From contig OY762226.1 in assembly GCA_963665465.1 (NCBI GenBank), forward strand, positions 2,572,438 through 2,636,437: 64,000 nucleotides of DNA, given 5' to 3'. The position numbers and the translations under genes were made by a program. Shown here one piece after another: positions 1 to 10,539 of the stretch. The notes under the pieces are model-generated. The model searched no databases, was not told the DNA's origin, and saw only the letters and a list, made by a program, of their open reading frames with translations. Position 1 is the first letter of the stretch. The number at the start of each line of letters is the position of its first letter. This DNA is from Vicinamibacterales bacterium (lineage in GTDB: Bacteria > Acidobacteriota > Vicinamibacteria > Vicinamibacterales > UBA8438).

Positions 1-966
1 TGGCAGCAGGACTACCCGGCGCGGTTCGTCCAGAACACGATCGCCCCGGCAGAGCTGCGGGGACCCTTCGCGACCCCGGCCATCGACGCCGGGCGCGTGT
101 TCACGCTCGACGGGGGCGGGGTTCTCTCGAGCTGGGACGCGGCGTCGGGAGCCCTGGTCTGGCGGCACGACTACTCGCCGTCGGTGCGCGTGACGGATCT
201 GTTCTGCGGCACCGCCGCCTCGCCGCTCGTGGCCGGCGGCGTGCTGTTCGTGCAGATCGGGAGCGATCCCGCGGGCGGCCGCGTGCGCGCGCTCGACCCG
301 GCGACGGGCGACGAGATCTGGTCCTGGAGCGGCGTAGGCCCCGGCTATGCATCGCCGATCGTGATCGAGGTCGAGGGGCAGCGTCAGCTCGTGACGCTGA
401 CCGAATCGTCGATCGTCGGGCTCGACGCCGCGGGCGGCGCGCTCCTGTGGAGCGTGCCGTTCACCGACGAATGGCACGAGAACATCGTGACGCCGGTCTG
501 GACCGGCGCGCACCTGGTGGTCTCCGGTCCGCGCCAGGGGACGCACGCGTTCACGATCCGTCGCCGCGACGACGGCTGGCACGCAGCACCCGCGTGGAGC
601 AACACCGGCGTGACCATGTACATGAGCTCGCCGGTGCTGGCCGCCGGCACGTTGTACGGCCATTCATCGAAGCGCAGCGGCCAGTTCGTGGCCCTCGACG
701 CCGCCAGCGGCGCCGTGCGCTGGGCGAGCGAGGGGCGCGAGGGCGACCACGCCTCCGTCCTGCTCGCGGGCGACGATCTGCTGCTGCTGACCAGCGACGC
801 CGAGCTGCTGGTGGCGGCGCGCGACCCGACGGCCTTCGCCGTCGCGCACGACTATCAAGTGGCGGACGCCGCCACCTGGGCGATGCCCGTCCCGCTGCCC
901 GACGGCCTCCTGGTGCGCGACGCGACGAGCCTCGCCAAGCTCGTCCCCGCGGAGAGCCATCAGTAG
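1..966 (+). CDS. PQQ-binding-like beta-propeller repeat protein (BamB/PQQ_2-like), 5'-truncated by the window edge
   Basis: Frame is open from base 1 (WQQDYP...GPFATPAIDAGRVF). Repeated 'ALDxxTGxxxW' blade motifs and GYASP/YMSSP motifs. Confidence 0.8.
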   Translation, partial: WQQDYPARFVQNTIAPAELRGPFATPAIDAGRVFTLDGGGVLSSWDAASGALVWRHDYSPSVRVTDLFCGTAASPLVAGGVLFVQIGSDPAGGRVRALDPATGDEIWSWSGVGPGYASPIVIEVEGQRQLVTLTESSIVGLDAAGGALLWSVPFTDEWHENIVTPVWTGAHLVVSGPRQGTHAFTIRRRDDGWHAAPAWSNTGVTMYMSSPVLAAGTLYGHSSKRSGQFVALDAASGAVRWASEGREGDHASVLLAGDDLLLLTSDAELLVAARDPTAFAVAHDYQVADAATWAMPVPLPDGLLVRDATSLAKLVPAESHQ

Positions 967-1112
967 CGCCGCCCCTCCTCGATCATTCGGCGCACCGTCA
1001 GATGTGCAAGCACGCTTCGCCGACGGTTCGGCACTGGGGTCGACTGGACAAGGCCGCCCACGGGCAGACGACACCATTGGACTCCTTCTCTTGAGCAGAT
1101 CACGACGGTGCA

Positions 1113-1202
1113 TGGCGGAGGGACTGGGATTCGAACCCAGGAGCGGGTTTCCCCGCTAACGGTTTTCAAGACCGCCGCCTTCGACCGCTCGGCCATCCCT
1201 CC
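1113..1202 (-). tRNA. tRNA-Ser(TGA), 90 nt, long variable arm, encoded CCA
   Basis: Reverse complement GGAGGGATGGCCGAGCGGTCGAAGGCGGCGGTCTTGAAAACCGTTAGCGGGGAAACCCGCTCCTGGGTTCGAATCCCAGTCCCTCCGCCA: 7-bp acceptor stem, anticodon loop CT-TGA-AA, GCGGG-GAAA-CCCGC variable arm, TTCGAAT T-loop. Confidence 0.97.
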
Positions 1203-1204
1203 GT

Positions 1205-2509
1205 TCACTGCCCGGCGCGCGGCGCGGCTGGCTCGATGGTCTCCTGGCCCTGCATGTACGGCCGCAGCACGTCGGGGACGACGACCGAGCCGTCGCGCTG
1301 CTGGTAGTTCTCCAGAACAGCCACCAGGGCCCGGCCGACGGCGACGCCCGAGCCGTTCAGCGTGTGCACGTGCTCCGGCTTGCCCCGGCCGTCCCGGCGG
1401 AAGCGGATGCCGCCGCGCCGCGCCTGGAACGCTTCCGTGTTGCTGCACGACGAGATCTCCCGGTAGGCCCCGTAGCTGGGCAGCCACACCTCGAGGTCGT
1501 AGGTCTTGGACGCCGCGAATCCCATGTCTCCGGTGCACAGCAGCATCGTCCGGTACGGCAGCCCGAGACGCTTGAGCACCTCCTCGGCGTGCCGGGTCAG
1601 CGCCTCGTGCACGTCCCAGGAGGTCTCGGGCGTCGCGTAGGCCACCAACTCGACCTTGTCGAATTGGTGCTGCCGAATCAGGCCCCGCACGTCCTTGCCG
1701 TACGAGCCGGCTTCGCTCCGGAAGCAGGGCGTGTAGGCCACGTACCGCACCGGCAGCGTCCGCCCGTCGAGAATCTCGTCGCGGTGCAGGTTGCAGAGCG
1801 GCACCTCGGCGGTGGGGATCAGGTACAGATCCCAGTGCCCGGCAATCTTGAAGAGGTCGGCCTCGAACTTCGGCAGGTTCCCGGTAGCGGTCAGGGCCTC
1901 GCTGCTGGCCAGGAACGGCGGCTCGACCTCGACGTAGCCGTGCTCCGACGTGTGGAGGTCGAGCATGAAGTTGATCAGGGCGCGCGCCAGCCGCGCGCCG
2001 GCGCCGGTGAGCACGGCAAACCGCGCCCCCGCCAGCTTCGCGGCGCGCTCGAAGTCGAGGATTCCCAGCGCCGGGCCGATTTCCCAGTGCGGCTTCGGCT
2101 CGAAGTCGAAGCCGGGGACCTCGCCGTGCTTGCGGACCTCTGCGTTGTCGGCCTCCGAGCCTCCGACCGGGACGCTTTCGTGCGGCAGGTTGGGCAGCTT
2201 CAACGCCCAGGCCCCGCGCTCGGCCTCGACCGACTCCAGTCTCGCCTCCTGCTCCTTGATGGCCGCGGCGTGCTCCTGGCCGGCCTGCACCAGCGTCTCC
2301 ACCGGCTCGCCCGCCCGTCTGGCCTTCGCGATGCGCTCGCCGACGTCCTTGCGGGCGTGGCGCGCCGTCTCGAGCACCGGGAGGATCGCGCGGCGCTCGG
2401 CGTCGAGCGCCACGAGGCGGTCGAGGTCTCCGCCGAGCCCGTCGCCCCGCGTGCTCAGGCGGGTGCGGACGTCGTCGAGCCGGGTGCGAAGCAAGGCTGG
2501 ATCGAGCAT
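1205..2509 (-). CDS. serS: Serine--tRNA ligase
   Basis: [43 protein letters not shown] motifs. Confidence 0.98.
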   Translation of the reverse strand: MLDPALLRTRLDDVRTRLSTRGDGLGGDLDRLVALDAERRAILPVLETARHARKDVGERIAKARRAGEPVETLVQAGQEHAAAIKEQEARLESVEAERGAWALKLPNLPHESVPVGGSEADNAEVRKHGEVPGFDFEPKPHWEIGPALGILDFERAAKLAGARFAVLTGAGARLARALINFMLDLHTSEHGYVEVEPPFLASSEALTATGNLPKFEADLFKIAGHWDLYLIPTAEVPLCNLHRDEILDGRTLPVRYVAYTPCFRSEAGSYGKDVRGLIRQHQFDKVELVAYATPETSWDVHEALTRHAEEVLKRLGLPYRTMLLCTGDMGFAASKTYDLEVWLPSYGAYREISSCSNTEAFQARRGGIRFRRDGRGKPEHVHTLNGSGVAVGRALVAVLENYQQRDGSVVVPDVLRPYMQGQETIEPAAPRAGQ

Positions 2510-2572
2510 GTCGTCTGGGTCCCCAACGTGCGCGCTTCATTCTAATGTAGCCGTGCTGTACGATCGCCTGCC

Positions 2573-3439
2573 ATGGCGTCGCCGGTCCGCACGGTCGTCT
2601 TTCCCGCCGCCGGCCTCGGCACGCGCATCCTGCCGGCCACCAAGGCGTTTCCCAAGGAGCTGCTGCCGCTCGTCGACCGCCCCATCATTCAGTACGGCGT
2701 CGAGGAGGCGGTGGCGGCGGGCATTCGCCGCGTCGTGCTGGTGACGAGCCCGGGCAACACGATGACCGGCGCGCACTTCGCACCGAACCCGGCGCTCGAG
2801 GCGGTGCTGGAGGAGCGCGGGAAGACGGAGAGCCTGGCCGTCGTGCGCGCCGTCTCGGCGCTGGCCGAGGTCGCCACGGTCCACCAGGCGCAGCCGCTGG
2901 GCCTCGGTCACGCCGTGCTCACGGCCCGGGCGCAGGTCGGCGGCGAGCCGTTCGCGGTGGTCCTCCCGGATGACGTCATCGACGCCGACCCGCCGGCGCT
3001 GCGCCGCATGACCGACCTGTTCGCGGAGGTCGGCGGGCCCGTCCTGCTCGTCGAGCGGGTGCCGCGCGAGGCCGTGCAGCGCTACGGGATCATCGACGCG
3101 AAACCACTCGGGGAAGGCGTCTTCGAGGTTCGTGATCTGGTCGAGAAGCCGGACCCGGCGACGGCGCCGTCGGATCTGGCCATCGTGGGCCGCTACGTGC
3201 TGACCCCCGACCTGTTCGACGAGCTGGAACGGACCGGCGCGGACGCCGGCGGCGAGATTCAGCTCACCGACGGCCTGCGGCGCCTCCTGGAGCGCCGGCC
3301 GCTCCACGCCTGCGAGCTGGTCGGCACGCGCCACGACGCGGGCAACCGGCTCGGTTTTCTCGAGGCTTCCGTCTACTTTGCGCTCAAGCGCCCGGACCTC
3401 GCGGGCCCGTTGAGAGCCTTCCTCGCCGAGCTGGGCTGA
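2573..3439 (+). CDS. galU: UTP--glucose-1-phosphate uridylyltransferase
   Basis: PAAGLGTRILPATKAFPKELLP, LGLGHAV, LVEKP, GEIQLTD motifs. Confidence 0.95.
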   Translation: MASPVRTVVFPAAGLGTRILPATKAFPKELLPLVDRPIIQYGVEEAVAAGIRRVVLVTSPGNTMTGAHFAPNPALEAVLEERGKTESLAVVRAVSALAEVATVHQAQPLGLGHAVLTARAQVGGEPFAVVLPDDVIDADPPALRRMTDLFAEVGGPVLLVERVPREAVQRYGIIDAKPLGEGVFEVRDLVEKPDPATAPSDLAIVGRYVLTPDLFDELERTGADAGGEIQLTDGLRRLLERRPLHACELVGTRHDAGNRLGFLEASVYFALKRPDLAGPLRAFLAELG

Positions 3440-3475
3440 CGGCGCGCAAGCGACTCCCGAGGCGGCCGCGCCGTC

Positions 3476-3820
3476 CTACGGCGTCGACCCCCGCCCGGCC
3501 GGCGGTGCGGGCTGGCTCGTCTTGGACTCGGCCGAGCTGGCCGTCTTCGAGCCGCCTGCCTCCCTGGACGTGTCCTTCGAATCGGTCTTGCGGTCCGCGG
3601 AAGACTTGTCCGCTTCCGAGGCCGGCTGGGCGCCGGACGACTTGCGCGCGTAGTCGGTGACGTACCAGCCGGTTCCCTTGAACTGGATGGCCGGCGACGA
3701 GACGAGCTTGCGGACGCGCCCCGCGCACGTCGGGCACTCGCGGAGCGGCTCGTCGGAGAACTTCCGGATCAGCTCGAACCGGTGCCCGCAGTCGTCACAC
3801 TCGTATTCGTAGAGCGGCAT
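3476..3820 (-). CDS. FmdB-family zinc-ribbon protein
   Basis: MPLYEYECxxCG...CPxC...FKGTGWYVTDY followed by a low-complexity tail. Confidence 0.9.
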   Translation of the reverse strand: MPLYEYECDDCGHRFELIRKFSDEPLRECPTCAGRVRKLVSSPAIQFKGTGWYVTDYARKSSGAQPASEADKSSADRKTDSKDTSREAGGSKTASSAESKTSQPAPPAGRGSTP

Positions 3821-3829
3821 GGTCGGCTG

Positions 3830-3868
3830 GCTTCAAGCAGACGGGGCTGATTGCGGCGCAGACTCCTG
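3830..3868 (-). repeat. Internally deleted copy of the modular intergenic repeat (start of hairpin A fused to end of module B)
   Basis: Minus strand reads CAGGAGTCTGCGCCGCAATCAGCCCCGTCTGCTTGAAGC, matching both ends of the composite at 32800-33020. Confidence 0.7.
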
Positions 3869-3919
3869 ACCTGACCAGGCATCGTAGCCCTGGCCGCTTT
3901 GCCCGTCAATCCCGGCGTC

Positions 3920-5584
3920 TCACTCCAGCAGGGTGCCCGTCGCGCCCAGCATCAACTGCCGGTGCATCCAGAAGGGAACGCCGCCATGACCCAGGAACCG
4001 GTCATGGAACGACTGCAGCGACCCGCCTTTGCCGGCCGCCTCGCAGTCCGTCCGGAGCTTGAGGAGCATCTGCTTGCCCAGCGAGTACAACACGTAGCCG
4101 GGATCGTACGTGCCGCGCTCGGCCTCGCGCCGCGCGCTGCCCTCTTCCAGAAAGGCCTCGTCGCGGAAGAACCGCACTCCCTGCTCCACCGAGAGGTCCT
4201 CGGTGTGGAGCCGAATGCCCACGACGGTCCGGGCCAGTCGCACCAGCGCCTCGGCGAGCTGCCCCAGCTCGACGTCCGCGTTGCCCTGCTCGAACCCCTC
4301 CTCGAACATCATCTGCTCGCAGTAGTGCGCCCAACCTTCGGTCACCGACATCGGCGTGAAGAAGGTCGACTTGCGGAGCGGCGCCGAGACGCGGCGCAGA
4401 TGCTCGAAGTGGAGGAAGTGGCCCGGAAAGGCCTCGTGGATGGAGATCGACCACAGGGCCGCATAGCTGAAGTCGCGCAGGTGCTCCTCCTGCCGCTCGG
4501 CCGGCCAGCGCGGGTCGACGTTGGTGACGTAGTAGTACGCCGGCAGCGGCCTCTCCTCGAACGGGCCGGCCGGGACGATGCTGGCGAACGTCCCTCGATA
4601 GTACGCGGGCGTCGGCGCCACGACGAGCGGCCCGTGTTCCGGAACCGTCACTATCCCTCTCCGCCTGATGAAGTCGAGCAGGGCGGCGAGATGGTCCTTG
4701 ACGGTGCCCAGCAGGCCGTCGGCGCTGGGATGCCGCGCCTTGACATCCCGCCAGCGTTCGCCCGGCCCGCCGCGAGGTCCGCCCGCCACCTCCCTGAATC
4801 GCTCCTGGGTCGCTCCCAGCTCCCGCAGCGCGATCTGCAGCAGCCGGTCCACCGGCACGTCGATGCCCTCCTCGAGACGGAGCTTCTGCGAGAAGCGGTC
4901 CGCGCCCAGCCGAAACGAAGCCCGGCTGCGCGGTGCGACCGTATCCCGCAGGTGGGCGCCGTAGTCGCGGACCGCGTCGACCGCCACGGTCGATGCGTCC
5001 GCGAGATCGCCGAGCAGGTGCATGTCCTCCAGGTCCCGGAACGCCCTCGGGAGGTCGCGCTCGACGAACGTCAGGACGCCGTCGAACGACTCGAGGCCGA
5101 CGCGCACGAAGAGGCCCGGCGGATCCGTCACGTTCTGCCGTGCCGACTCCAGCAGCCGCGGCACCTGCCGCAGCTTGGAGACCACCCGCCGGGCGCGCTC
5201 CGTGACCGGCGCATAGTCGAACAGCGCCTGGCCCGCCAGGCTCTCGGCGATCGTCTCGGCGTAGTGCAGGGGGCTGCGCTGCCAGACGCGGATGTCCTCG
5301 AGCGCGAACAGGCGCGCCCGGATGCTGTCCGCCAGCATGCGCCGCTCGAGCTTCTCTTCCGAGGTCAGCGTGGAGGCCTTGATGCCATCGAGGCGCCGTG
5401 CCCAGCCGCCGAGCTCGCGGGCCTGGGTGTCGACCGCGCTCCGGCCGAAATCCTCGAGCAGATCGTCGTGCAGATGGACGCCGTCGGCAGCGGCAGCCGT
5501 CGGATAGATCTCGTGCAGGTACGACAGGTACTCGTCAACGAAACGGGATAGCGGCTCGGCGGAATGCGCAGGCGATCGATCCAT
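3920..5584 (-). CDS. DUF885 family protein
   Basis: HEAFPGH and EGWAHYCE motifs plus YSLGK near the C-terminus. ATG at 5584 chosen as start. Confidence 0.85.
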   Translation of the reverse strand: MDRSPAHSAEPLSRFVDEYLSYLHEIYPTAAAADGVHLHDDLLEDFGRSAVDTQARELGGWARRLDGIKASTLTSEEKLERRMLADSIRARLFALEDIRVWQRSPLHYAETIAESLAGQALFDYAPVTERARRVVSKLRQVPRLLESARQNVTDPPGLFVRVGLESFDGVLTFVERDLPRAFRDLEDMHLLGDLADASTVAVDAVRDYGAHLRDTVAPRSRASFRLGADRFSQKLRLEEGIDVPVDRLLQIALRELGATQERFREVAGGPRGGPGERWRDVKARHPSADGLLGTVKDHLAALLDFIRRRGIVTVPEHGPLVVAPTPAYYRGTFASIVPAGPFEERPLPAYYYVTNVDPRWPAERQEEHLRDFSYAALWSISIHEAFPGHFLHFEHLRRVSAPLRKSTFFTPMSVTEGWAHYCEQMMFEEGFEQGNADVELGQLAEALVRLARTVVGIRLHTEDLSVEQGVRFFRDEAFLEEGSARREAERGTYDPGYVLYSLGKQMLLKLRTDCEAAGKGGSLQSFHDRFLGHGGVPFWMHRQLMLGATGTLLE

Positions 5585-5658
5585 GGTCTGTCCTGATGAA
5601 TGGTACAATAACGGCGCCTCCTTGCTCTCGGCCGCGGCCCGTGGCACGATTCCCGCGA

Positions 5659-6543
5659 GTGCCGGATTCTTCGCCGCTGCCGGCCGGCGCGCTCTACCTG
5701 GTGTCCACCCCGATCGGCAACCTCGAGGACATCACGCTCCGCGCTCTCCGGATTCTCGCCGACGTCGCGCTCATCGCAGCCGAGGACACCCGGCGTACGG
5801 CCAAGCTGCTCAGCCACTACGGCATTCATACCACGACCACCAGCTTCCACGAGCACAACGAGGTCCGCAAGGGCCCGCACCTCCTCCGCCGCCTGGCCGG
5901 GGGCGACTCGGTGGCGCTCGTCGCCGACGCCGGCACGCCGCTGCTGTCGGATCCGGGCGCCCGGCTCGTGCGCGACGCGCTCGCCGCCGGCGTCAGGGTT
6001 CACGCGGTTCCCGGGCCCAGTGCTGCGCTCACCGGCCTGGTCATGTCCGGCCTGGGTGGCGGCGCTTTCACCGTGGTCGGCTTTCCGCCGCCGCGGTCGG
6101 GCGATAGAAGACGGTGGCTGGAGGCCCTCGCGGCCGAGCCGCGGCCGCTGGTCGTCTTCGAGGCGCCGCACCGGATTCAGGCGGCGCTGGCCGACATGGC
6201 GACTGTCCTCGGCGAGCGCGAGGTCGCGGTGTGCCGGGAGATGACGAAGGCACACGAAGAATTGGTCACTGGACCGATTTCAGTGGTGGTGAAGCGTCTG
6301 CCTCCGCCCCGCGGCGAGTACACGATCGTCATCGGGCCGCCGCCGCCCCCCGTTGCGGTCGGCGACACCGTACCCGCGGTCGGCGGAGACGCGCTCTGGC
6401 GCGAATTCTGTCATTTGACAGACACCCTGGGCTGCGGGCGGCGCCTCGCGGTTCGAATCCTCGCGGATCGACATGCCCTGGCCAGTCGCTCGGTCTATGC
6501 GCTCATCGAGGCCCGCAAACAGAATAGGTCGACAGACCGATAA
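5659..6543 (+). CDS. rsmI: 16S rRNA C1402 2'-O-methyltransferase
   Basis: LYLVSTPIGNLEDITLRAL, AEDTR, DAGTPLLSDPG, REMTKAHEE. GTG start at 5659 inferred. Confidence 0.95.
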   Translation: MPDSSPLPAGALYLVSTPIGNLEDITLRALRILADVALIAAEDTRRTAKLLSHYGIHTTTTSFHEHNEVRKGPHLLRRLAGGDSVALVADAGTPLLSDPGARLVRDALAAGVRVHAVPGPSAALTGLVMSGLGGGAFTVVGFPPPRSGDRRRWLEALAAEPRPLVVFEAPHRIQAALADMATVLGEREVAVCREMTKAHEELVTGPISVVVKRLPPPRGEYTIVIGPPPPPVAVGDTVPAVGGDALWREFCHLTDTLGCGRRLAVRILADRHALASRSVYALIEARKQNRSTDR

Positions 6544-6561
6544 CGGCGGCAGCTCGCTGCC

Positions 6562-6590
6562 TTGACCGCTAATCCGCATTCTGCTACCTT
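6562..6590 (+). promoter_or_regulatory. Putative sigma70 promoter for TPR-glmU-glmS-pcrA
   Basis: TTGACC-17 bp-TACCTT with an extended -10 TG, 20 bp before the ATG at 6611. Confidence 0.55.
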
Positions 6591-6610
6591 ATGCTGCGCT
6601 TTTACAGCCC

Positions 6611-7249
6611 ATGGGGCAAAAGCAGCCAACCCGCGCCAATCTCGCAAATTCACCCAAGGGTACCGCGACTGCTGCCCGCAGGCGCCGATCGAAGCCGCGG
6701 GCGACGCCGGCCGCGGCCGAGCCGGAAGGGCCCCGGCAAGCCCTCGATCGCTACGCGCAGGCCGTCGCGGCGGTGCAGCGCCGCGAGTTCGACGCGGCGG
6801 CGGCGCTCTTTGGCCAGGTGATGAGCGACTTTCCCGACGCACGCGAGCTTCACGAGCGAAGCGGCCGCTACCTGCTGGTCTGCGAGCGGGAGTCGCAGAA
6901 GGCGCCCAAGCCGAAGACCCTGGACGAACGGGTCTATGCCGCCACGCTGGCGCTCAACGCGGGCCTGCACGACGAGGCGCTGCGGCTTCTCGCGGCGGCG
7001 CAGCGGCAGAGCCCGGACAGCGACAGCGTGCAGTACATGCTGGCTCTCGCCCGCGCTGGCCGCGGCGACCTCGAGGCGGCAGGCACCCACCTGCTGCGCG
7101 CCATCGAGCTGAATCCGGACAACCGCTACCTCGCGCGCCAGGAGCCGAGCCTCGAACCGTTGCGGGAGGACGAGGCCATACAGGAAGCGCTCAGGACGTC
7201 GCCCGCCGACCGCTCCCCTCGCGGAGCCGGAAGCCACTCATCCCGGTGA
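6611..7249 (+). CDS. Tetratricopeptide repeat protein
   Basis: Helical TPR-like segments (YMLALARAGRGDLEAA...RAIELNP). Stop overlaps the glmU start (GTGA). Confidence 0.75.
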   Translation: MGQKQPTRANLANSPKGTATAARRRRSKPRATPAAAEPEGPRQALDRYAQAVAAVQRREFDAAAALFGQVMSDFPDARELHERSGRYLLVCERESQKAPKPKTLDERVYAATLALNAGLHDEALRLLAAAQRQSPDSDSVQYMLALARAGRGDLEAAGTHLLRAIELNPDNRYLARQEPSLEPLREDEAIQEALRTSPADRSPRGAGSHSSR

Positions 7250-8652
7250 GCCCCGAGTCTGCTCACGCCGATCCGGATACGGCGCCAACCTGTCACGTCC
7301 TCGTGCTGGCGGCGGGCAAGGGCCGGCGGATGGCGTCCAGCCGGCCGAAGGTGCTGCACAGGATGGCGGGACGGCCGCTGATCGAGCACGTCCTGCGGGC
7401 GGCGGCGACGCTGTCGCCGGCCACCACGACGGTCGTGGTGGGACATCAGGCCGACGTCATCCGGCAGGCGGTCGGGCCCGGGCCCGGGTTCGTGCGACAG
7501 GACGCGCAGCTGGGAACCGCGCACGCGCTGCTGCAGGCCGAGCCGGCGTTCGCGGGCGCGGAGGGCAGTCTGGTGGTTCTGTCCGGCGACGTGCCCCGCA
7601 TCCGGCCGGTCACGCTGCGGCGGCTGGTCGACGCGCACGGCCGGGCGCGCGCCGCGGCTACCGTGCTGACCGCCCGCCTCGCGCGCCCCTACGGCTACGG
7701 GCGTCTCGTGCGGCAGCGCGGCCTGCTGGTGAGCGTCGTCGAAGAGGCCGACGCCACCCCGGCCCAGCGCGCCATTCGGGAGGTCAACAGCGGGATCTAC
7801 GCCTTCGACCTCGCGCCGCTGTTCGAGACGCTCCGCCGGATCCCGCCGGCGGGCCCGCGGCAGGAGCGGTACCTGCCGGCCCTGCTCGCGCTCTATCGCC
7901 GCCGGGGTCTGACCGTGGAGACGCTGGAAACCGAGGCTCCGGACGAGATTCGAGGCATCAACAGCCAGACGGAACTGGCGGAAGTGAGCGCGCTCATGAG
8001 ACAAAGCAAGAACGAGGAGCTGATGGCTGCGGGCGTGACGCTCGACGATCCCGCCACCACCTACATCGACGCCGATGTCGTGGTCGGGCGGGACACGGTG
8101 ATCCACCCCGGGGTCATGCTGGAGGGCCTGACGACGATCGGCGACCGGTGCGAGCTCCATGCCGGCGTGCGCATCGTGAACTCCGTGGTCGGCGACGACG
8201 TCACGGTCAACAACCACTGCGTGATTACGAACGCGCGGGTCGAGTCGGGCGCCCGCATCGGTCCCTTCGCCCACCTGCGCCCCGGCACGATCGTGCGCGA
8301 GACGGCGCGGGTCGGCAACTTCGTCGAGATCAAGAAGAGCACGCTGGGCGCCGGGTCGAAGGTGAACCACCTCTCGTACCTGGGCGACGCGGCGGTCGGC
8401 GCGCAGGTCAACGTGGGCGCCGGGACCATCACCTGCAACTACGACGGGCAGGCCAAGCACGAGACCGCGATCGAGGACGGCGCCTTCATCGGCAGCGGCA
8501 CGCAGCTCGTCGCACCGGTCACGGTCGGGCGGGCCGCCTACGTGGCGGCCGGCTCGTGCGTCACCGAGGACGTGCCCCCGGGCGCGCTGGCCATCGCGCG
8601 CGGCCGTCAGGAGAACAAGACGGGCTGGACGGATCGCAAGAAGCGCTTCTAG
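7246..8652 (+). CDS. glmU: Bifunctional UDP-GlcNAc pyrophosphorylase / GlcN-1-P acetyltransferase
   Basis: LAAGKGRRM..PKVLH, QLGTAHA, GYGR, hexapeptide repeats, GPFAHLRP, NYDG. GTG start at 7246. Confidence 0.96.
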   Translation: MSPESAHADPDTAPTCHVLVLAAGKGRRMASSRPKVLHRMAGRPLIEHVLRAAATLSPATTTVVVGHQADVIRQAVGPGPGFVRQDAQLGTAHALLQAEPAFAGAEGSLVVLSGDVPRIRPVTLRRLVDAHGRARAAATVLTARLARPYGYGRLVRQRGLLVSVVEEADATPAQRAIREVNSGIYAFDLAPLFETLRRIPPAGPRQERYLPALLALYRRRGLTVETLETEAPDEIRGINSQTELAEVSALMRQSKNEELMAAGVTLDDPATTYIDADVVVGRDTVIHPGVMLEGLTTIGDRCELHAGVRIVNSVVGDDVTVNNHCVITNARVESGARIGPFAHLRPGTIVRETARVGNFVEIKKSTLGAGSKVNHLSYLGDAAVGAQVNVGAGTITCNYDGQAKHETAIEDGAFIGSGTQLVAPVTVGRAAYVAAGSCVTEDVPPGALAIARGRQENKTGWTDRKKRF

Positions 8653-8691
8653 CAGCGCCAGGCGGTATGCTGATCCCGAGAGGGCGCCCGC

Positions 8692-10536
8692 ATGTGCGGC
8701 ATCATCGGCTACATCGGCGATCGTGAGGTGGTCCCGGTCCTGCTCGAGGGGCTCCGCCAGCTCGAGTACCGGGGCTACGACTCGGCGGGCATCGCGCTGG
8801 TGCGGGACGGGCGCATCGCGGTCCGCCGCAGCGTCGGCAAGGTGGCGCGGCTCGCGGAGGCCATCCGGGCGCAGCCCGTCAGCGGCGACTACGGCGTGGG
8901 GCACACCCGCTGGGCAACCCACGGCCGCCCGACGGAAGAGAACGCGCACCCGCACCGCGACTGCACGGGCCGGATCGTCGTCGTGCACAACGGCATCATC
9001 GAGAACCACCTCGACCTGAAGCGGCAGCTGCTGGCGGCAGGGCATCGCTTCGAGACCGAGACCGACACCGAGGTCGTCGCGCATCTCGTCGAGCAGGAGC
9101 AGCGGGGCGACGGCCTCGAGAACGCCGTTCGCCGCGCGCTGCAACAACTGCGCGGGCTGTTCGTGCTGGTCCTGGCGGCCGCAGACGATCCGGACAAGAT
9201 CGTCGCGGTGCGCAACGGCCCGCCGATCGTCATCGGGATGGGTCGCGGCGAGTACTTCCTGGCCTCGGACATCCCGGCCGTGGGCGGCCACACGCCGGAC
9301 GTCGTCTTCCTCGGCGACGGCGAGATGGCGGTCATCACGCGAGCGCGGGTGGCGTTCACCGACTTCTCGGGACAGGCAGTCTCGAAGGCCACGGAACGGA
9401 TCCAGTGGGATCCGGTCACGGCGCAGAAGGCGGGCTACAAGCACTTCATGCTCAAGGAGATCTTCGAGCAGCCGTGGGCGATCCGGGAGACGATTGCCGG
9501 GCGGCTGGCGGAAGACCGGGGCACGGTGATCCTCGGAGAGCTCGACATCTCCGAGGATCGGCTGCGGGCCGTCGAGCAGGTCGCCCTGCTGGCCTGCGGC
9601 ACCTCCTGGCATGCCGCGCTGGTCGGGAAGTTCCTCATCGAGCAGCTGGCGCGCTTGCGCGTCGACGTCGACTACGGGTCGGAGTATCGCTACCGCGATC
9701 CGCTTGTCGGCGACCGCACGCTGGCCGCGGTGATCACGCAGTCGGGCGAGACCGCCGACACGTTGGCCGCCCTGCGCGAAGCGCAGGCGCGGGGCGCCGT
9801 GAGCATCGCGATCAGCAACGTCGTGGGCAGCATGGCGGCCCGCCTGGCCGATCACGCCGTCTACGCTCACGCCGGCCCGGAGGTCGGCGTCGCCTCGACG
9901 AAGGCCTTCACCTCGCAGCTCGTGACCCTCGCCCTACTGGCGCTGCACCTGGCGCGCGCCCGCGGCACCCTCGGCGCCGCCGACGCGCGGGCGCACGTCG
10001 AGGCGTTGACGCAGTTGCCGGGACTGATCCAGAGCGCGCTCGGCTGCGACGCCGACGTCGCGGCCATCGCGAAGCGGTTCTACCGGCGGACCAATTTTCT
10101 GTACCTGGGACGGGGCATCAACTACCCGATCGCCCTGGAAGGCGCTCTCAAGCTCAAGGAGATCTCCTACATCCACGCCGAAGGCTATCCCGCCGGCGAG
10201 ATGAAGCACGGACCGATCGCGCTGATCGACGAGAAGATGCCGATCGTGGCGCTCGCCCCCAGCGGGTCCGTCTTCGGGAAGATGATGGGCAACCTGCAGG
10301 AAGCCAAGGCTCGCGGCGCCGTGCTGATCGTGGTCACCGATGCCGAGCCGGAGGCCTTTGCCGACGTGCTCGACCCGCAGCACGACTGCATCGTGCCGAT
10401 TCCACCTGCCCCGCCGTTCCTCGTCCCGATCGTGGCCGTCGTCCCCCTGCAGCTGCTCGCGTACCACATCGGCGTCCTGCGCGGATGCGACGTCGATCAG
10501 CCGCGCAACCTCGCCAAGAGCGTCACGGTCGAGTAG
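8692..10536 (+). CDS. glmS: Glutamine--fructose-6-phosphate transaminase
   Basis: MCGI N-terminus, GHTRWATHG, SGETADT, PRNLAKSVTVE C-terminus. Confidence 0.98.
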   Translation: MCGIIGYIGDREVVPVLLEGLRQLEYRGYDSAGIALVRDGRIAVRRSVGKVARLAEAIRAQPVSGDYGVGHTRWATHGRPTEENAHPHRDCTGRIVVVHNGIIENHLDLKRQLLAAGHRFETETDTEVVAHLVEQEQRGDGLENAVRRALQQLRGLFVLVLAAADDPDKIVAVRNGPPIVIGMGRGEYFLASDIPAVGGHTPDVVFLGDGEMAVITRARVAFTDFSGQAVSKATERIQWDPVTAQKAGYKHFMLKEIFEQPWAIRETIAGRLAEDRGTVILGELDISEDRLRAVEQVALLACGTSWHAALVGKFLIEQLARLRVDVDYGSEYRYRDPLVGDRTLAAVITQSGETADTLAALREAQARGAVSIAISNVVGSMAARLADHAVYAHAGPEVGVASTKAFTSQLVTLALLALHLARARGTLGAADARAHVEALTQLPGLIQSALGCDADVAAIAKRFYRRTNFLYLGRGINYPIALEGALKLKEISYIHAEGYPAGEMKHGPIALIDEKMPIVALAPSGSVFGKMMGNLQEAKARGAVLIVVTDAEPEAFADVLDPQHDCIVPIPPAPPFLVPIVAVVPLQLLAYHIGVLRGCDVDQPRNLAKSVTVE

Positions 10537-10539
10537 ACG

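Noticed and set aside
967-1112. Integrative element attached at the tRNA-Ser 3' end
   Set aside because: No integrase and no duplicated tRNA 3' end seen in the window.
8653-8691. glmS ribozyme
   Set aside because: The glmU-glmS gap is only 39 bp and lacks the conserved core.
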